Source: Christensenellaceae bacterium (GTDB taxonomy: Bacteria > Bacillota > Clostridia > Christensenellales > CAG-138). From it: a stretch of DNA of 64,000 nt. Below, one piece after another: positions 53,576-62,519 of the stretch; positions within the stretch are counted from its first letter, which is position 1, and each line of letters starts with the position of its first letter. The position numbers were made by a program, and so were the translations under genes. The stretch is from positions 2,862,414 to 2,926,413 of the forward strand of contig OY762278.1 of NCBI GenBank assembly GCA_963665515.1, given 5' to 3'. The notes beneath the pieces are model-generated. The model did not search any database and was not told the DNA's origin. It was given only the letters and a program-made list of their open reading frames with translations.

Positions 53576-53920
53576 GTCTTCCTCCGTAATTCTTATCTTT
53601 ATATTAGTATTATGCGATAATTTATTCAATACTTCTTTGATTATAGCATTTATATTTTTTTATTATGCCGTTTTTAAAAAATATATTCCGCATTTATATA
53701 TTTACTCCTCCTCAAAACAAAAATTCTTAAGTCTATAGTTTCTTCGTTATGCAGGTTCATGCTGTGCCTCCGTCATTATCGACTTGCTATTAGGAGTTTT
53801 ATTTTGCATTTTAATGTTTCTTTTCATGTTTTGCAGCATTTAATTCTATATGTTGCATGCTTGCATACATTTATGTAATATTCATTTTCGTTATTGGGAA
53901 TGCGATTCACCTTTGCAACA

Positions 53921-53956
53921 ACCCCCTTCCGTAAGATGATATGCTTGCGGAAGGGG
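53921..53956 (-). terminator. GC-rich hairpin terminator downstream of tupC
   Basis: 10-bp stem CCCCCTTCCG / CGGAAGGGGG. T-rich flanks on both strands (TTGTTG on the minus strand, CTTTCTTTG on the plus strand). Confidence 0.6.
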
Positions 53957-53998
53957 GCTTTCTTTGCGCGCCTTAACCGACATATCGGCAAACGCAAT

Positions 53999-54676
53999 CT
54001 AGATACGCCAATGCGCTAAAAAAGCCTTCGTACTTTCCGCCTGCGGTGTTTTTAAAACGAATTCCGCCAAACCTGTTTCACCAATCTTGCCGTCATTAAG
54101 TACGACGACACGCGTGCCAAGACGGAGTGCCTGTGACGGCGCATGGGACGAAAACAACAAAATACAGCCGGTCTCCTCGGCATAGTCAAGTAGTGCGCGC
54201 TCCATTTTGTCATTGGCGGAAATGTCTGCGGACGCTGTCGGCTCATCAAGCAGTAAAAGCTTGTGCGGCTTAACAATCAGCCGGGCAAGTGCCATACGTT
54301 GTGCTTCGCCACCAGAAAGATGACTGCCACGCGCACGCTGCAGGTGTGTCAACCCAACGCGCTCAAGTGCAAGCAATGCACGTTCTTTCGCGTCCGACTC
54401 GTTGCGAAGCGGAAGTATCACGTTTTTTAAAACACTTAGGTCAAACGCATACGGTTTTTGCGGCAGGTATCCAATCTCGCTTTTCTTCAAATCACCAAAG
54501 CGCACCAGACCTGCATCCTGCTTCAGCGTTCCGGCCAGAATGCGTAGCAGTGTCGTTTTACCACTGCCGTTCGGGCCGATCAAAGCGCAGCGCTCGCACG
54601 CGCGCAACGTCAGTTTCGGTATATCCAGCGCGATGCGGTTACCATAGCGTTTCTGCAAGTTCGTAATTTCGATCAT
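53999..54676 (-). CDS. tupC: ABC transporter ATP-binding protein (tungstate TupC-like)
   Basis: 225 aa. Walker A GPNGSGKTT, signature SGGEAQR, Walker B LLLLDEPT. Overlaps tupB by 4 nt. Confidence 0.75.
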   Translation of the reverse strand: MIEITNLQKRYGNRIALDIPKLTLRACERCALIGPNGSGKTTLLRILAGTLKQDAGLVRFGDLKKSEIGYLPQKPYAFDLSVLKNVILPLRNESDAKERALLALERVGLTHLQRARGSHLSGGEAQRMALARLIVKPHKLLLLDEPTASADISANDKMERALLDYAEETGCILLFSSHAPSQALRLGTRVVVLNDGKIGETGLAEFVLKTPQAESTKAFLAHWRI

Positions 54677-55356
54677 TTGCGCCTCCCATTCAGAAGATGC
54701 GCTGTGATATTGACGATCAATGAAATGCCCAACAGTAAAACGCCGAGCGCGAGACCGAGTGTGAAGTCTCCCATGTTTGTGTACATCATGATCGCCGTGG
54801 TCATAACGTTTGTTTTGTAGGCAATCGCCCCACCGACCATGGATACCGCGCCGACTTCCGCCATTGCGCGGCCATACCCGAAAAGATAGGTTGAAACCAG
54901 CGCATATTTGCTTTCGTTGAGCGTAAGTAAAAACGACTGACCACGTGTTAAGCGGAGTCCGCGCGCCGTCTCCTGAATTTCACCGACAATCCCGCTTAAA
55001 TACGTCTCCATATTTCCAGCAACGATCGGGGTCAATAGAATCACCTGCGCAATAATCATGCCCGTAACCGTGAATAGAAGTTTCAGCTGGCGCAGCGGTC
55101 CAACGCCGGAAAACAGCATGTAGCAAAGCAATCCGCAGACCACCGGCGGCAGACCTATAAGCGTGCGATTAATGATGATGAGCGCTTTTCGTCCCGGAAA
55201 ATGAGACGTCGCATAAAAAACGCCGAGCGGCACCCCGAGAAGGAGTGCCGCAACGGAACTTGTCAATGTCATGCGCATGGTAACGGAAACGATGTTCCAA
55301 AGCTGACCATCGCCTGAAAACAGCAATTCAAAAGCCTGTTTGAGCGCGCTGCTCAT
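54673..55356 (-). CDS. tupB: ABC transporter permease (tungstate TupB-like)
   Basis: 227 aa. LPPVVCGL, GPLR.L.LLFT..GMIIAQ, EVGAVSMVGG blocks parallel TupB as I recall it. Confidence 0.75.
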   Translation of the reverse strand: MSSALKQAFELLFSGDGQLWNIVSVTMRMTLTSSVAALLLGVPLGVFYATSHFPGRKALIIINRTLIGLPPVVCGLLCYMLFSGVGPLRQLKLLFTVTGMIIAQVILLTPIVAGNMETYLSGIVGEIQETARGLRLTRGQSFLLTLNESKYALVSTYLFGYGRAMAEVGAVSMVGGAIAYKTNVMTTAIMMYTNMGDFTLGLALGVLLLGISLIVNITAHLLNGRRK

Positions 55357-55363
55357 CGGCTCC

Positions 55364-56416
55364 TTATCCGATCACGCCGCCGTTGGCGCGGAACGTCAGG
55401 AACGTGGCTTTATCAGAAAGGATGTATGCGTCCATTTCGTTCGCCATGGTCAGGCAGACGCCCATACCCGCGTTGCTGGAAAGATACCATTCGCTGTAAT
55501 CGGCAACACTTGTTGGGTCCGTCGTGATGTCAAGCTCTTCCGGCCAAAGTGAAACTTCCTGGGTGTGCGTTCCGCTCAGGTCTCCACGGGATACGAACGG
55601 ATATTTACCATCCGCAATACGCTGGAACGCTTCCTTTACGTCGGTAGACTCGACACACTGTGCGGGGTCGTCCTTTGGCCCGACCAATACGAAGTAATTA
55701 TACATAAACGTCAGTCGCTCGCCGTCGTAACCTTCAAGCACCTTGGAGTAGCCCGCCTCAACGAACGGTTCCTCCTGTGTTTTGCTATGTACGAGGATCA
55801 AATCTGCATTCCCCATCATTGCCGCGGCAATCGCCTTACCCGTTCCGGCGGAAAGCACTTCGACTTCGTAGCCGTATTTTTCTTCGAACACCGGCAGCAG
55901 GTAGCTCATCAGGCCGCTGTCATTGACAGAGGTTGTTGTTGAAAGCCGGATGATTTTCGTCTCGTCGGTTGCCTGTGGAATCTCCGCCGTGGCGACCGGT
56001 CTGTCTTCTTTGTTATAGAATAGGTATTCGCCATACTGCTCAAAGCCATAGTTGCCGATCAGTTCTGTTGCTTCGTCGCCCAGCATCCAGTCGATCAATG
56101 CCTTTGCGCCGACGGTGTTGATTGCAACATCCTCCACCGCATTGCCGTCGAGGTCTTCGAACGGAGCGTTCTCGTTGACCGCAAGCAGCGTATAGTTGTT
56201 GATCATTGCATCATCCTGTTCATACAGAATCGTGATCCCGAGTTTGTCTGCATAATCCGGAGACATTGTTTCATACGGCGTTGCTTCCAGCGCTTCGATC
56301 GTAATCGGGTCGCTTGACACTACGGTCTCTTCCTCCGTTGTCTCGGTTTGAGCGCAACCCAAGACACTCAGTGCCAACATCAGCGCAAGCAGGACCAGCA
56401 GAGTTTTTTTACCCAT
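55364..56416 (-). CDS. tupA: TupA-like tungstate/oxoanion-binding lipoprotein, apparently circularly permuted
   Basis: Start set to MGKKTLLVLLALMLALSVLGC (ATG 56414-56416, GGAGA RBS, lipobox). TupA blocks RLSTTTSVNDSGL, GTGKA, ADLILVHS, FVSRGDLSGTH are present. The segment that is C-terminal in canonical TupA is N-terminal here. Confidence 0.7.
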   Translation of the reverse strand: MGKKTLLVLLALMLALSVLGCAQTETTEEETVVSSDPITIEALEATPYETMSPDYADKLGITILYEQDDAMINNYTLLAVNENAPFEDLDGNAVEDVAINTVGAKALIDWMLGDEATELIGNYGFEQYGEYLFYNKEDRPVATAEIPQATDETKIIRLSTTTSVNDSGLMSYLLPVFEEKYGYEVEVLSAGTGKAIAAAMMGNADLILVHSKTQEEPFVEAGYSKVLEGYDGERLTFMYNYFVLVGPKDDPAQCVESTDVKEAFQRIADGKYPFVSRGDLSGTHTQEVSLWPEELDITTDPTSVADYSEWYLSSNAGMGVCLTMANEMDAYILSDKATFLTFRANGGVIG

Positions 56417-56502
56417 TGTCCATGTTCTCCTTTTTTTTGTTTCAGGAAAACGCGCCTTTCGTCCGGAGTGTATGCAAAAAGAAACTTGACATATTGATAC
56501 TC

Positions 56503-56591
56503 GTCCCCCTTTGCAAAATAACGGCAGGCACGCACGTTTCCGTCCGTACCCAATGGCCGACGCAACCGTGAGCCTGCGTCGGCTCGGAGAC
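56503..56591 (-). promoter_or_regulatory. Molybdenum/tungsten cofactor (Moco/Tuco) riboswitch candidate in the tupA leader
   Basis: Minus strand reads GUCUCCGAGCCGACGCAGGCUCACGGUUGCGUCGGCCAUUGGGUACGGACGGAAACGUGCGUGCCUGCCGUUAUUUUGCAAAGGGGGAC. It has the conserved CUCCGAGCC, a 9-bp P2 (GCCGACGCA/UGCGUCGGC), GGAAAC, a terminal AAAGG(G/A)G and a closing P1 (GUCUCC/GGGGAC). Confidence 0.65.
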
Positions 56592-56795
56592 ACATTTTTC
56601 CTGATATTCGTTTTTTGCGGATACTCATAAACCAATTTTTCGTACCCGCGTCGCCCTTATTATAGCGGTTTTGTTTACGAACGGGAATAGCCGGAAACGA
56701 AATGCATCCGAATCATTTGAATTGTTGTTTATTTCACAGTTTATAATCCATCACCATCAGATCGCATTATAAAACACTGTACGAACAAGCATCAT

Positions 56796-57362
56796 TCATT
56801 CGTCGAAAGACGGTTCCGTTATCTTTTCAACTACGGATTTAATTGTCGTCGCCATTTGAAGCGTTACGCCTGCGTCCTCCGCAATACGCTCTGCAGTAAA
56901 ATCGCATAACGCATAATCGTCCTTGATTTCGACAAGTTTAGACTGGCCGTTGGTCTTCATTGCATCTTCAATGCACATTTGCCTGCTGTAACGTTCCGCA
57001 TTTTCTTCAAAACTTGCCGCCTGCGCGCGTAACATTTCACGCCTGTGCGCCATATACGTTGTCACCGGAAGAATCAGCCCAAAGAGAATCATAAGCCAGC
57101 CGATGACACGCCATGTAATATTTTCGGCAAGCGTGACAAGCAGCAAGCCGAACGGCAATAAAACCGGCAGCCATATTAAAAACTCATATCTTCCCTTTTT
57201 GCCATTTTTTATATCATCGATGTAATGGGAAAGGCATTCGTTGCAAACATTACGACTAATAACGCCCAGAAAGGCTTCTTTGTCACTTAATCGTGCAAAT
57301 GTAAAAAAATGATGTGCCTGTGTGCCGCATTTGTAACATTTATTCGATACACCGCGTCCCAT
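56796..57362 (-). CDS. Hypothetical protein: N-terminal Cys4 zinc-ribbon-like motif, two TM helices, C-terminal soluble domain
   Basis: 188 aa. CYKCG...CNEC. Hydrophobic segments at about residues 75-125. No family recognised. Confidence 0.5.
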   Translation of the reverse strand: MGRGVSNKCYKCGTQAHHFFTFARLSDKEAFLGVISRNVCNECLSHYIDDIKNGKKGRYEFLIWLPVLLPFGLLLVTLAENITWRVIGWLMILFGLILPVTTYMAHRREMLRAQAASFEENAERYSRQMCIEDAMKTNGQSKLVEIKDDYALCDFTAERIAEDAGVTLQMATTIKSVVEKITEPSFDE

Positions 57363-57627
57363 TCAGAAATCCCCTTTCGCAGGGCCAATCGCCCTCATGG
57401 CAAACGATAGAAATTCCAATTAAGCACAAAGCTGTATTGGTTTATTGTTTCACCATTGTTTGTAGTATTTCATGCTTAATATACCACAAATGCACAAAAG
57501 TGTGACTTCTTTTTTTCAATACTTGTGTGTTTTTTACAGTTGACAGAATGATTTTGCCCGAAAAACGTTTTTTAATCTATGTAATCTTCCCGTACGAAGG
57601 CAAAAGCTACGCAAAACTTTTATAGCG

Positions 57628-58869
57628 TTATATCGATTCCCATTTGTGATACAGATAAATATAGATGGGAATCATCAAAATAACGATCATCAGCCCGCTG
57701 GAAACAAAGCCGGCCCGTGCACCAAGCCAAGTGTCCATGCTGCCGACAAACAGATTGCCGACCGGCGTCGACCCGGCGCTTATGAACGTATAAACGCTCA
57801 TCACACGTCCGCGATATTGATCGTCCGTATGCACCTGCATATTGGAATTCGCACTGGAAATATACGAAACGAACAGAAAGCCCGCAACGGCAAGCGCAAC
57901 ACACGTTGCGAAAAACGTATTTGCAGCGCCGATGACAAGCAACGCAAGCCCGGTCAGTACCGGTACGATAAACAAATTGAACCGGCGTGGCCCATCCTTG
58001 CTGAGCGCAGCAACGAGCAACGCCCCGCAGAGCGCACCCGCACCCATTGCGGACATCAAAAAGCCGTACCCCGTTTCGCCCTGTCCCAGAATTTGTGTGG
58101 CAAAAACCGGAATGGTCACGCTGAAATTCGGCGCAAAGGTGGAAACTACGGCTGTAATTAGGAGTGTGACCAACAGTACATTGTGACTCCGAATGTAGCG
58201 CAATCCTTCTTTTATGCTATCAAGCACACTTTGCCGTTCTCTCATAATGGTCGGTTTTGAATGTGGATGAATGAAGAACAAGCTGATTAAGACAGCGCCG
58301 AAGCTTGCGGAATTAATAAAGAAACACGCCGCGATACCCAGGCTGCCCATTACAAAGCCCGCAATCGACGGGCCGATCATGCGGGCAATATTGAAAACAA
58401 GCGAATTGAGCGCAATGGCGTTCATCAAATCGTTGTGACCCACCAATTCTACGAAAAACGAATGCCGTAGCGGCATATCCACCGTGTTGACCAGTCCAAG
58501 CAGTGTTGCGGAAATTAACAGGTGCCAATATTGAATCTTACCCGACCAAACCAATAACGCCAGCGATAACGTGATGAACATGGAGCAAGACTGTGTAACG
58601 ATCAGCACCTTCTTCTTTGGAAGACTGTCGATCAATACCCCCGCAAACAGCGAAAACAGCAAAACCGGAACAAACTGCAGTGCGCTCACAAGGCTGAGCA
58701 AAAGCGCCGATTTCGTCAACGTATACGCCAACCAAGGCTGTGCGGTGTTCTGCATCCATGTTCCGATTGCGGAAACGCACATGCCGATAAAATAGCTGCG
58801 GAAGTTGTGATGCCGCAGCGAAAGGAAAGGATTATTCAGTCCAAGTTTGTGAGTCGCGTGATTCTGCAA
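57628..58869 (-). CDS. MFS transporter
   Basis: 413 aa, 12 predicted TM helices. FRSYFIGMCVSAIGTWMQ..AQ.WL start is typical of the EntS/MFS_3 group. Confidence 0.8.
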   Translation of the reverse strand: MQNHATHKLGLNNPFLSLRHHNFRSYFIGMCVSAIGTWMQNTAQPWLAYTLTKSALLLSLVSALQFVPVLLFSLFAGVLIDSLPKKKVLIVTQSCSMFITLSLALLVWSGKIQYWHLLISATLLGLVNTVDMPLRHSFFVELVGHNDLMNAIALNSLVFNIARMIGPSIAGFVMGSLGIAACFFINSASFGAVLISLFFIHPHSKPTIMRERQSVLDSIKEGLRYIRSHNVLLVTLLITAVVSTFAPNFSVTIPVFATQILGQGETGYGFLMSAMGAGALCGALLVAALSKDGPRRFNLFIVPVLTGLALLVIGAANTFFATCVALAVAGFLFVSYISSANSNMQVHTDDQYRGRVMSVYTFISAGSTPVGNLFVGSMDTWLGARAGFVSSGLMIVILMIPIYIYLYHKWESI

Positions 58870-58989
58870 AATTGATTCTCTCTTTTCTGCATGTCGTGTG
58901 TTTCAAACGTCTTGCGGGTTGCCCCGCGCACACGATTATAACACCAATTCGAATTTCCTGCACAATTTCGCACAATCGAATAAGTACTG

Positions 58990-59430
58990 CTAAAGCGTCT
59001 CAAAAAAACGAATCGCTTCAGTAATGTCGGCATCGTTCGGACGGCCTTTTGCTATACCGCCGACCAACTTGAACGGACCGAACGTATCATATCCACGGCA
59101 ATGAAACCGCCCAACGACGTTTGCGCCGTTCCTTTCCAGCATGCCCGCAAAGTTCGTGTCATATTTCCCCGAGACGGCGCCGCAGGTATAGATTGTAAAG
59201 CAATCCTTGCCCTCCAGTTGTAGTCGGTTTACCAATGCAATCAATGGTTCTCCGAATTCCGACATGTACACGCCGGACGCAAAACCGACAAGCTCAAATT
59301 CGTCAAGCGAAGGCAATTCATCGCACGGCACCTTTACCAACGTTATATCAAAACGCGTCTCAAGCGCTTTCACAATCTTCTCTGTGTTTCCGTGATGAAC
59401 GGAATAATAAAATAGTATCGCTTTTTTCAT
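58990..59430 (-). CDS. Flavodoxin-like protein
   Basis: Start set to MKKAILFYYSVHHGNTEKIVKAL (ATG 59428-59430), the typical flavodoxin FMN-phosphate loop context. Confidence 0.7.
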   Translation of the reverse strand: MKKAILFYYSVHHGNTEKIVKALETRFDITLVKVPCDELPSLDEFELVGFASGVYMSEFGEPLIALVNRLQLEGKDCFTIYTCGAVSGKYDTNFAGMLERNGANVVGRFHCRGYDTFGPFKLVGGIAKGRPNDADITEAIRFFETL

Positions 59431-59474
59431 AACGAACACCTTTCAATAATCTTATTCAATATAGATGCATGTTA

Positions 59475-60140
59475 TCAGCCGCCGTTGAGTGCATTTTCAA
59501 CCGCCTTCATGATCACCCGGCTGGAATTCGTAGCGCCTGAAACTGCGTCGACTTCAACACTTTGCTTTGCCAGGATTTCATCAATTACGCCTTCGCCCGA
59601 TGCTCCTCGTTCATTTCTGTGCTCGACTAATCCTATGTTTTCAATTATGCCGTCGGACACACTCACATCAACCTTTGCGTAGATGTACCCAACGTCGCAT
59701 TCACCTGAATACTCACCGTCCGGCACGCCTGTTACATCAAGCGTTTCAATCGATATTGCCGCAACGTCCGCTTTGTATTGATTGAAACTTGCAATGCAGA
59801 CTGTAACGTGAGCAACCAGAAGCAGTGCCAGTGCAAGCGCAGAGAGTTTATGTATTAACATGCCTTTGTTTGCATCTTTAAAAAACGCGTTTGTCGACTT
59901 GGCTAACGCAGCACAAATAAACATCAGCAAGCCGAGCACGTAGACGACAAACGGACGCTGATAAAAAAGCTTTAGCGAAAGTACAAGGTGTAACAGAATC
60001 AACACCGCTAAAAGATTGCCGAACGGTTTGTGGAGCTTGTTTATCACGCGCTTGATCCACAGCCCGTCCCGCATGTGCGGTGTAAATATCGCCGCCGAAA
60101 CAAAAACGAACACAACAGTGCAAATAATCCCTATAATCAT
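59475..60140 (-). CDS. Membrane protein with a C-terminal FMN-binding (FMN_bind) domain
   Basis: 221 aa. Four N-terminal TM helices. C-terminal VDAVSGATNSSRVIMKAVENAL (flavinylation-type S/T motif). Confidence 0.7.
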   Translation of the reverse strand: MIIGIICTVVFVFVSAAIFTPHMRDGLWIKRVINKLHKPFGNLLAVLILLHLVLSLKLFYQRPFVVYVLGLLMFICAALAKSTNAFFKDANKGMLIHKLSALALALLLVAHVTVCIASFNQYKADVAAISIETLDVTGVPDGEYSGECDVGYIYAKVDVSVSDGIIENIGLVEHRNERGASGEGVIDEILAKQSVEVDAVSGATNSSRVIMKAVENALNGG

Positions 60141-60796
60141 TACCGTTCACCCGTTTTCACAGCGCCAAGCAGCAATTTGAACGCATACCGTAAAAATTCT
60201 TCGCGACTAAACCCAAGTTTTTCCTGAAAGTACGATTCTTTGTTAGCCGAAAACGCAATCAGGCTGCCAATGCTATTCCAGTAAATCAAACCTGTTTCGA
60301 CAGGACGAATGTTCTTGCTCGCTTCGCCGTTTGCAACAGCCTCACTGAACAATTGTCTTGAAAGCACGTTGATTTCCTCGCCTACTTCATAGATCGATTT
60401 TAACACCGGCAATCGTGCGAAGTCCGCCTCATTTACACTGATTTTACCGAAAACATAAGCAAAGAATGTTGGATCGCTGTTGTCAAACGCGGTCAACAGT
60501 TCGCAAATTGCATGATAGCGCTCGTCTAAAGTATTGCTTTTCTCAAGACAGCCTTGTATACCGTAACGAAGCTGCTTCATGTCCTCCAGTACTATATTGT
60601 AAAAAATGTCTTCTTTTCCGGAAAAATAAACGTATATCGTGGACTTGCTGTAATCGGCTTTCGCCGCAATTTCGTCCATGCCCGTTGCGTCCACTCCATT
60701 TTGGGCAAACAATTCTTTCGCCGTCGCAAGGATTTGACCGCGATGAAATTCAGCCAATGCCTCTCTCTTCAAAATATTTCTCCTCTCGCAATTCAT
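60140..60796 (-). CDS. TetR/AcrR-family transcriptional regulator
   Basis: 218 aa. ILATAKELFAQNGVDATGMDEIAAKADYSKSTIYVYF HTH. Confidence 0.85.
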   Translation of the reverse strand: MNCERRNILKREALAEFHRGQILATAKELFAQNGVDATGMDEIAAKADYSKSTIYVYFSGKEDIFYNIVLEDMKQLRYGIQGCLEKSNTLDERYHAICELLTAFDNSDPTFFAYVFGKISVNEADFARLPVLKSIYEVGEEINVLSRQLFSEAVANGEASKNIRPVETGLIYWNSIGSLIAFSANKESYFQEKLGFSREEFLRYAFKLLLGAVKTGER

Positions 60797-60935
60797 ACTT
60801 GCGTTTCGTTTATCATACCGTCGGTTCGATTTTCTGTCAAGCCTGAATCGGTATGCCTGATCAAGAAAAAGCGCTTCCCATCCGTATTGTTACGGTGAAA
60901 AGCGCTATCCATGATATACTGTTGTAGAATTGCCG

Positions 60936-61343
60936 CTATGCTTGTATTATTTTTTCCTGTTTGGGACTTCGTTTCAGCAACGCAGCCACCAGATAAACGG
61001 CAGGTACGATCAAAATTGCAATGTTTTTCCAATAAACGGAGAATGCCTGACCGGCCAGAAGATTGATAACCAAAGGAATGGCGGCGATCACGAATAGTAT
61101 CAACCCAGCCAGCCTGCAACGCTTCATGTTTTTTCCAATCAGCCCAAGCAAGCCTGCTCCCGCGCCTAAAATGCCGCCGATTATGGCAAAGACCGCGTCC
61201 GTTACGCCGCCAAGCGTGAGTTTGACATTCTCGTTGGTTAGTCCATACAATGCAAGACCGACCATCACCACCGCGATGATCAAATAGATCCAGCAAACAA
61301 TCATAAAAAACGTATCGATGCGTGAGCGGCTCTTGGATTCCAT
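60936..61343 (-). CDS. Small hypothetical membrane protein (4 TM)
   Basis: 135 aa, four hydrophobic helices. No family recognised. Confidence 0.5.
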   Translation of the reverse strand: MESKSRSRIDTFFMIVCWIYLIIAVVMVGLALYGLTNENVKLTLGGVTDAVFAIIGGILGAGAGLLGLIGKNMKRCRLAGLILFVIAAIPLVINLLAGQAFSVYWKNIAILIVPAVYLVAALLKRSPKQEKIIQA

Positions 61344-61373
61344 ACTCTTCTTCCCTTCTTAAGTTGCTATTTT

Positions 61374-62495
61374 TTATACATTCCGATCGACCTTTTTACC
61401 GTAGTGATATACAGCCTGAATGGCCAAACCTTCATCCATTAACACAAAATCGGCACGTTTCCCCTGCTCGATTGAACCAATCACATCGTCCACCTTAACC
61501 GATTGAGCAGGCCGAAGCGTCGTCGCAGCCACGGCTTCTTCCAGCGGGATACCAAAGCGAACGACATTCTTGAGCGCGTCGTGCAACGTGATATTGGAAC
61601 CGGCAAGCGTTCCGTCGGGCAGCGTCGTTTTGCCATCCTTCATCGTAATATCCTGTCCACCCATATTATAGCGTCCTTCCGGCAGGCCTGCGCTGCGGAT
61701 TGCGTCGCTGATCATCACCACTCGACCCGGAAACATCCGGAACACAGCACGAATCACAGACGGATGAACGTGCAACCCGTCACATATGAGCTCGACATAC
61801 GCGTTCGAATCCATTGCCGCGCCGACGACGCCGGGTGCGCGATGCAAAAACGGGTCCATGCCGTTGAACAGGTGCGTCACGTGATTTGCGCCACGGCGAA
61901 ACGCTTCCATCGCGGTGTCGTATTCCGCACAAGTATGCGCAACAGACACAGTGGTCTCTTTGCAGGCCTGTTCAATAAAATCGAGCGCGCCGTCCGTTTC
62001 CGGCGCAACGGCAATCAGCTTTACGCGGTTGCCGCAAGCTTTGTTGATGCGATGAAACATGCCCAAATCCGCTTTGTGCAGATATTCCGCAATCTGCGCG
62101 CCGCGCTTGCGATAGGAAAAAAACGGCCCTTCGAGATGAATACCGACGCAGCAGGAGCGCTGCGGGTCGCTCGTGCCAAAATCCTGTTGTGCCGACGCAC
62201 GGATAAGCGTATCTTCCGGCATGGTCATCGTTGTCGCAAGATGCGACGTAACGCCATGTTTGACCAGTCTGCGGGCAATCAAATCATCACCTTTGGCGTC
62301 CACATCAGAAAAATCATGTTTCAGTGCGCCGTGGATATGTACGTCCACAAACCCGGGAATCAGATACATTCCCTTTGCGTCAACCGCATCCTCACCGCTT
62401 GCGTCTCCAATCGATTGAATCCGTTCGTCAAATGCAACACCGCCGGTAATAAAGCCATTCTTTTCCGTCCAAATTTTTGCGTTTTTTATCTTCAT
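61374..62495 (-). CDS. nagA: N-acetylglucosamine-6-phosphate deacetylase
   Basis: 373 aa. PGFVDVHIHG metal-binding motif, amidohydrolase blocks (HLEGPF, THLFNGM, ISDA). Confidence 0.85.
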   Translation of the reverse strand: MKIKNAKIWTEKNGFITGGVAFDERIQSIGDASGEDAVDAKGMYLIPGFVDVHIHGALKHDFSDVDAKGDDLIARRLVKHGVTSHLATTMTMPEDTLIRASAQQDFGTSDPQRSCCVGIHLEGPFFSYRKRGAQIAEYLHKADLGMFHRINKACGNRVKLIAVAPETDGALDFIEQACKETTVSVAHTCAEYDTAMEAFRRGANHVTHLFNGMDPFLHRAPGVVGAAMDSNAYVELICDGLHVHPSVIRAVFRMFPGRVVMISDAIRSAGLPEGRYNMGGQDITMKDGKTTLPDGTLAGSNITLHDALKNVVRFGIPLEEAVAATTLRPAQSVKVDDVIGSIEQGKRADFVLMDEGLAIQAVYHYGKKVDRNV

Positions 62496-62519
62496 TTAGT
62501 ACTTCTCCGTGTCGTTTTG

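Noticed and set aside
53622-53693. 23-codon minus-strand mini-ORF (MRNIFFKNGIIKKYKCYNQRSIE) with a GAGGAGGAG upstream, in the AT-rich region before lrp
   Set aside because: The RBS-to-ATG spacing of about 11 nt is long, the sequence is AT-rich so it could be a chance ORF, and there is no supporting structure or conservation evidence.
56417-56635. 73-codon N-terminal extension of the tupA ORF
   Set aside because: The lipoprotein signal with its RBS starts at 56416. The upstream stretch matches a Moco riboswitch fold instead.
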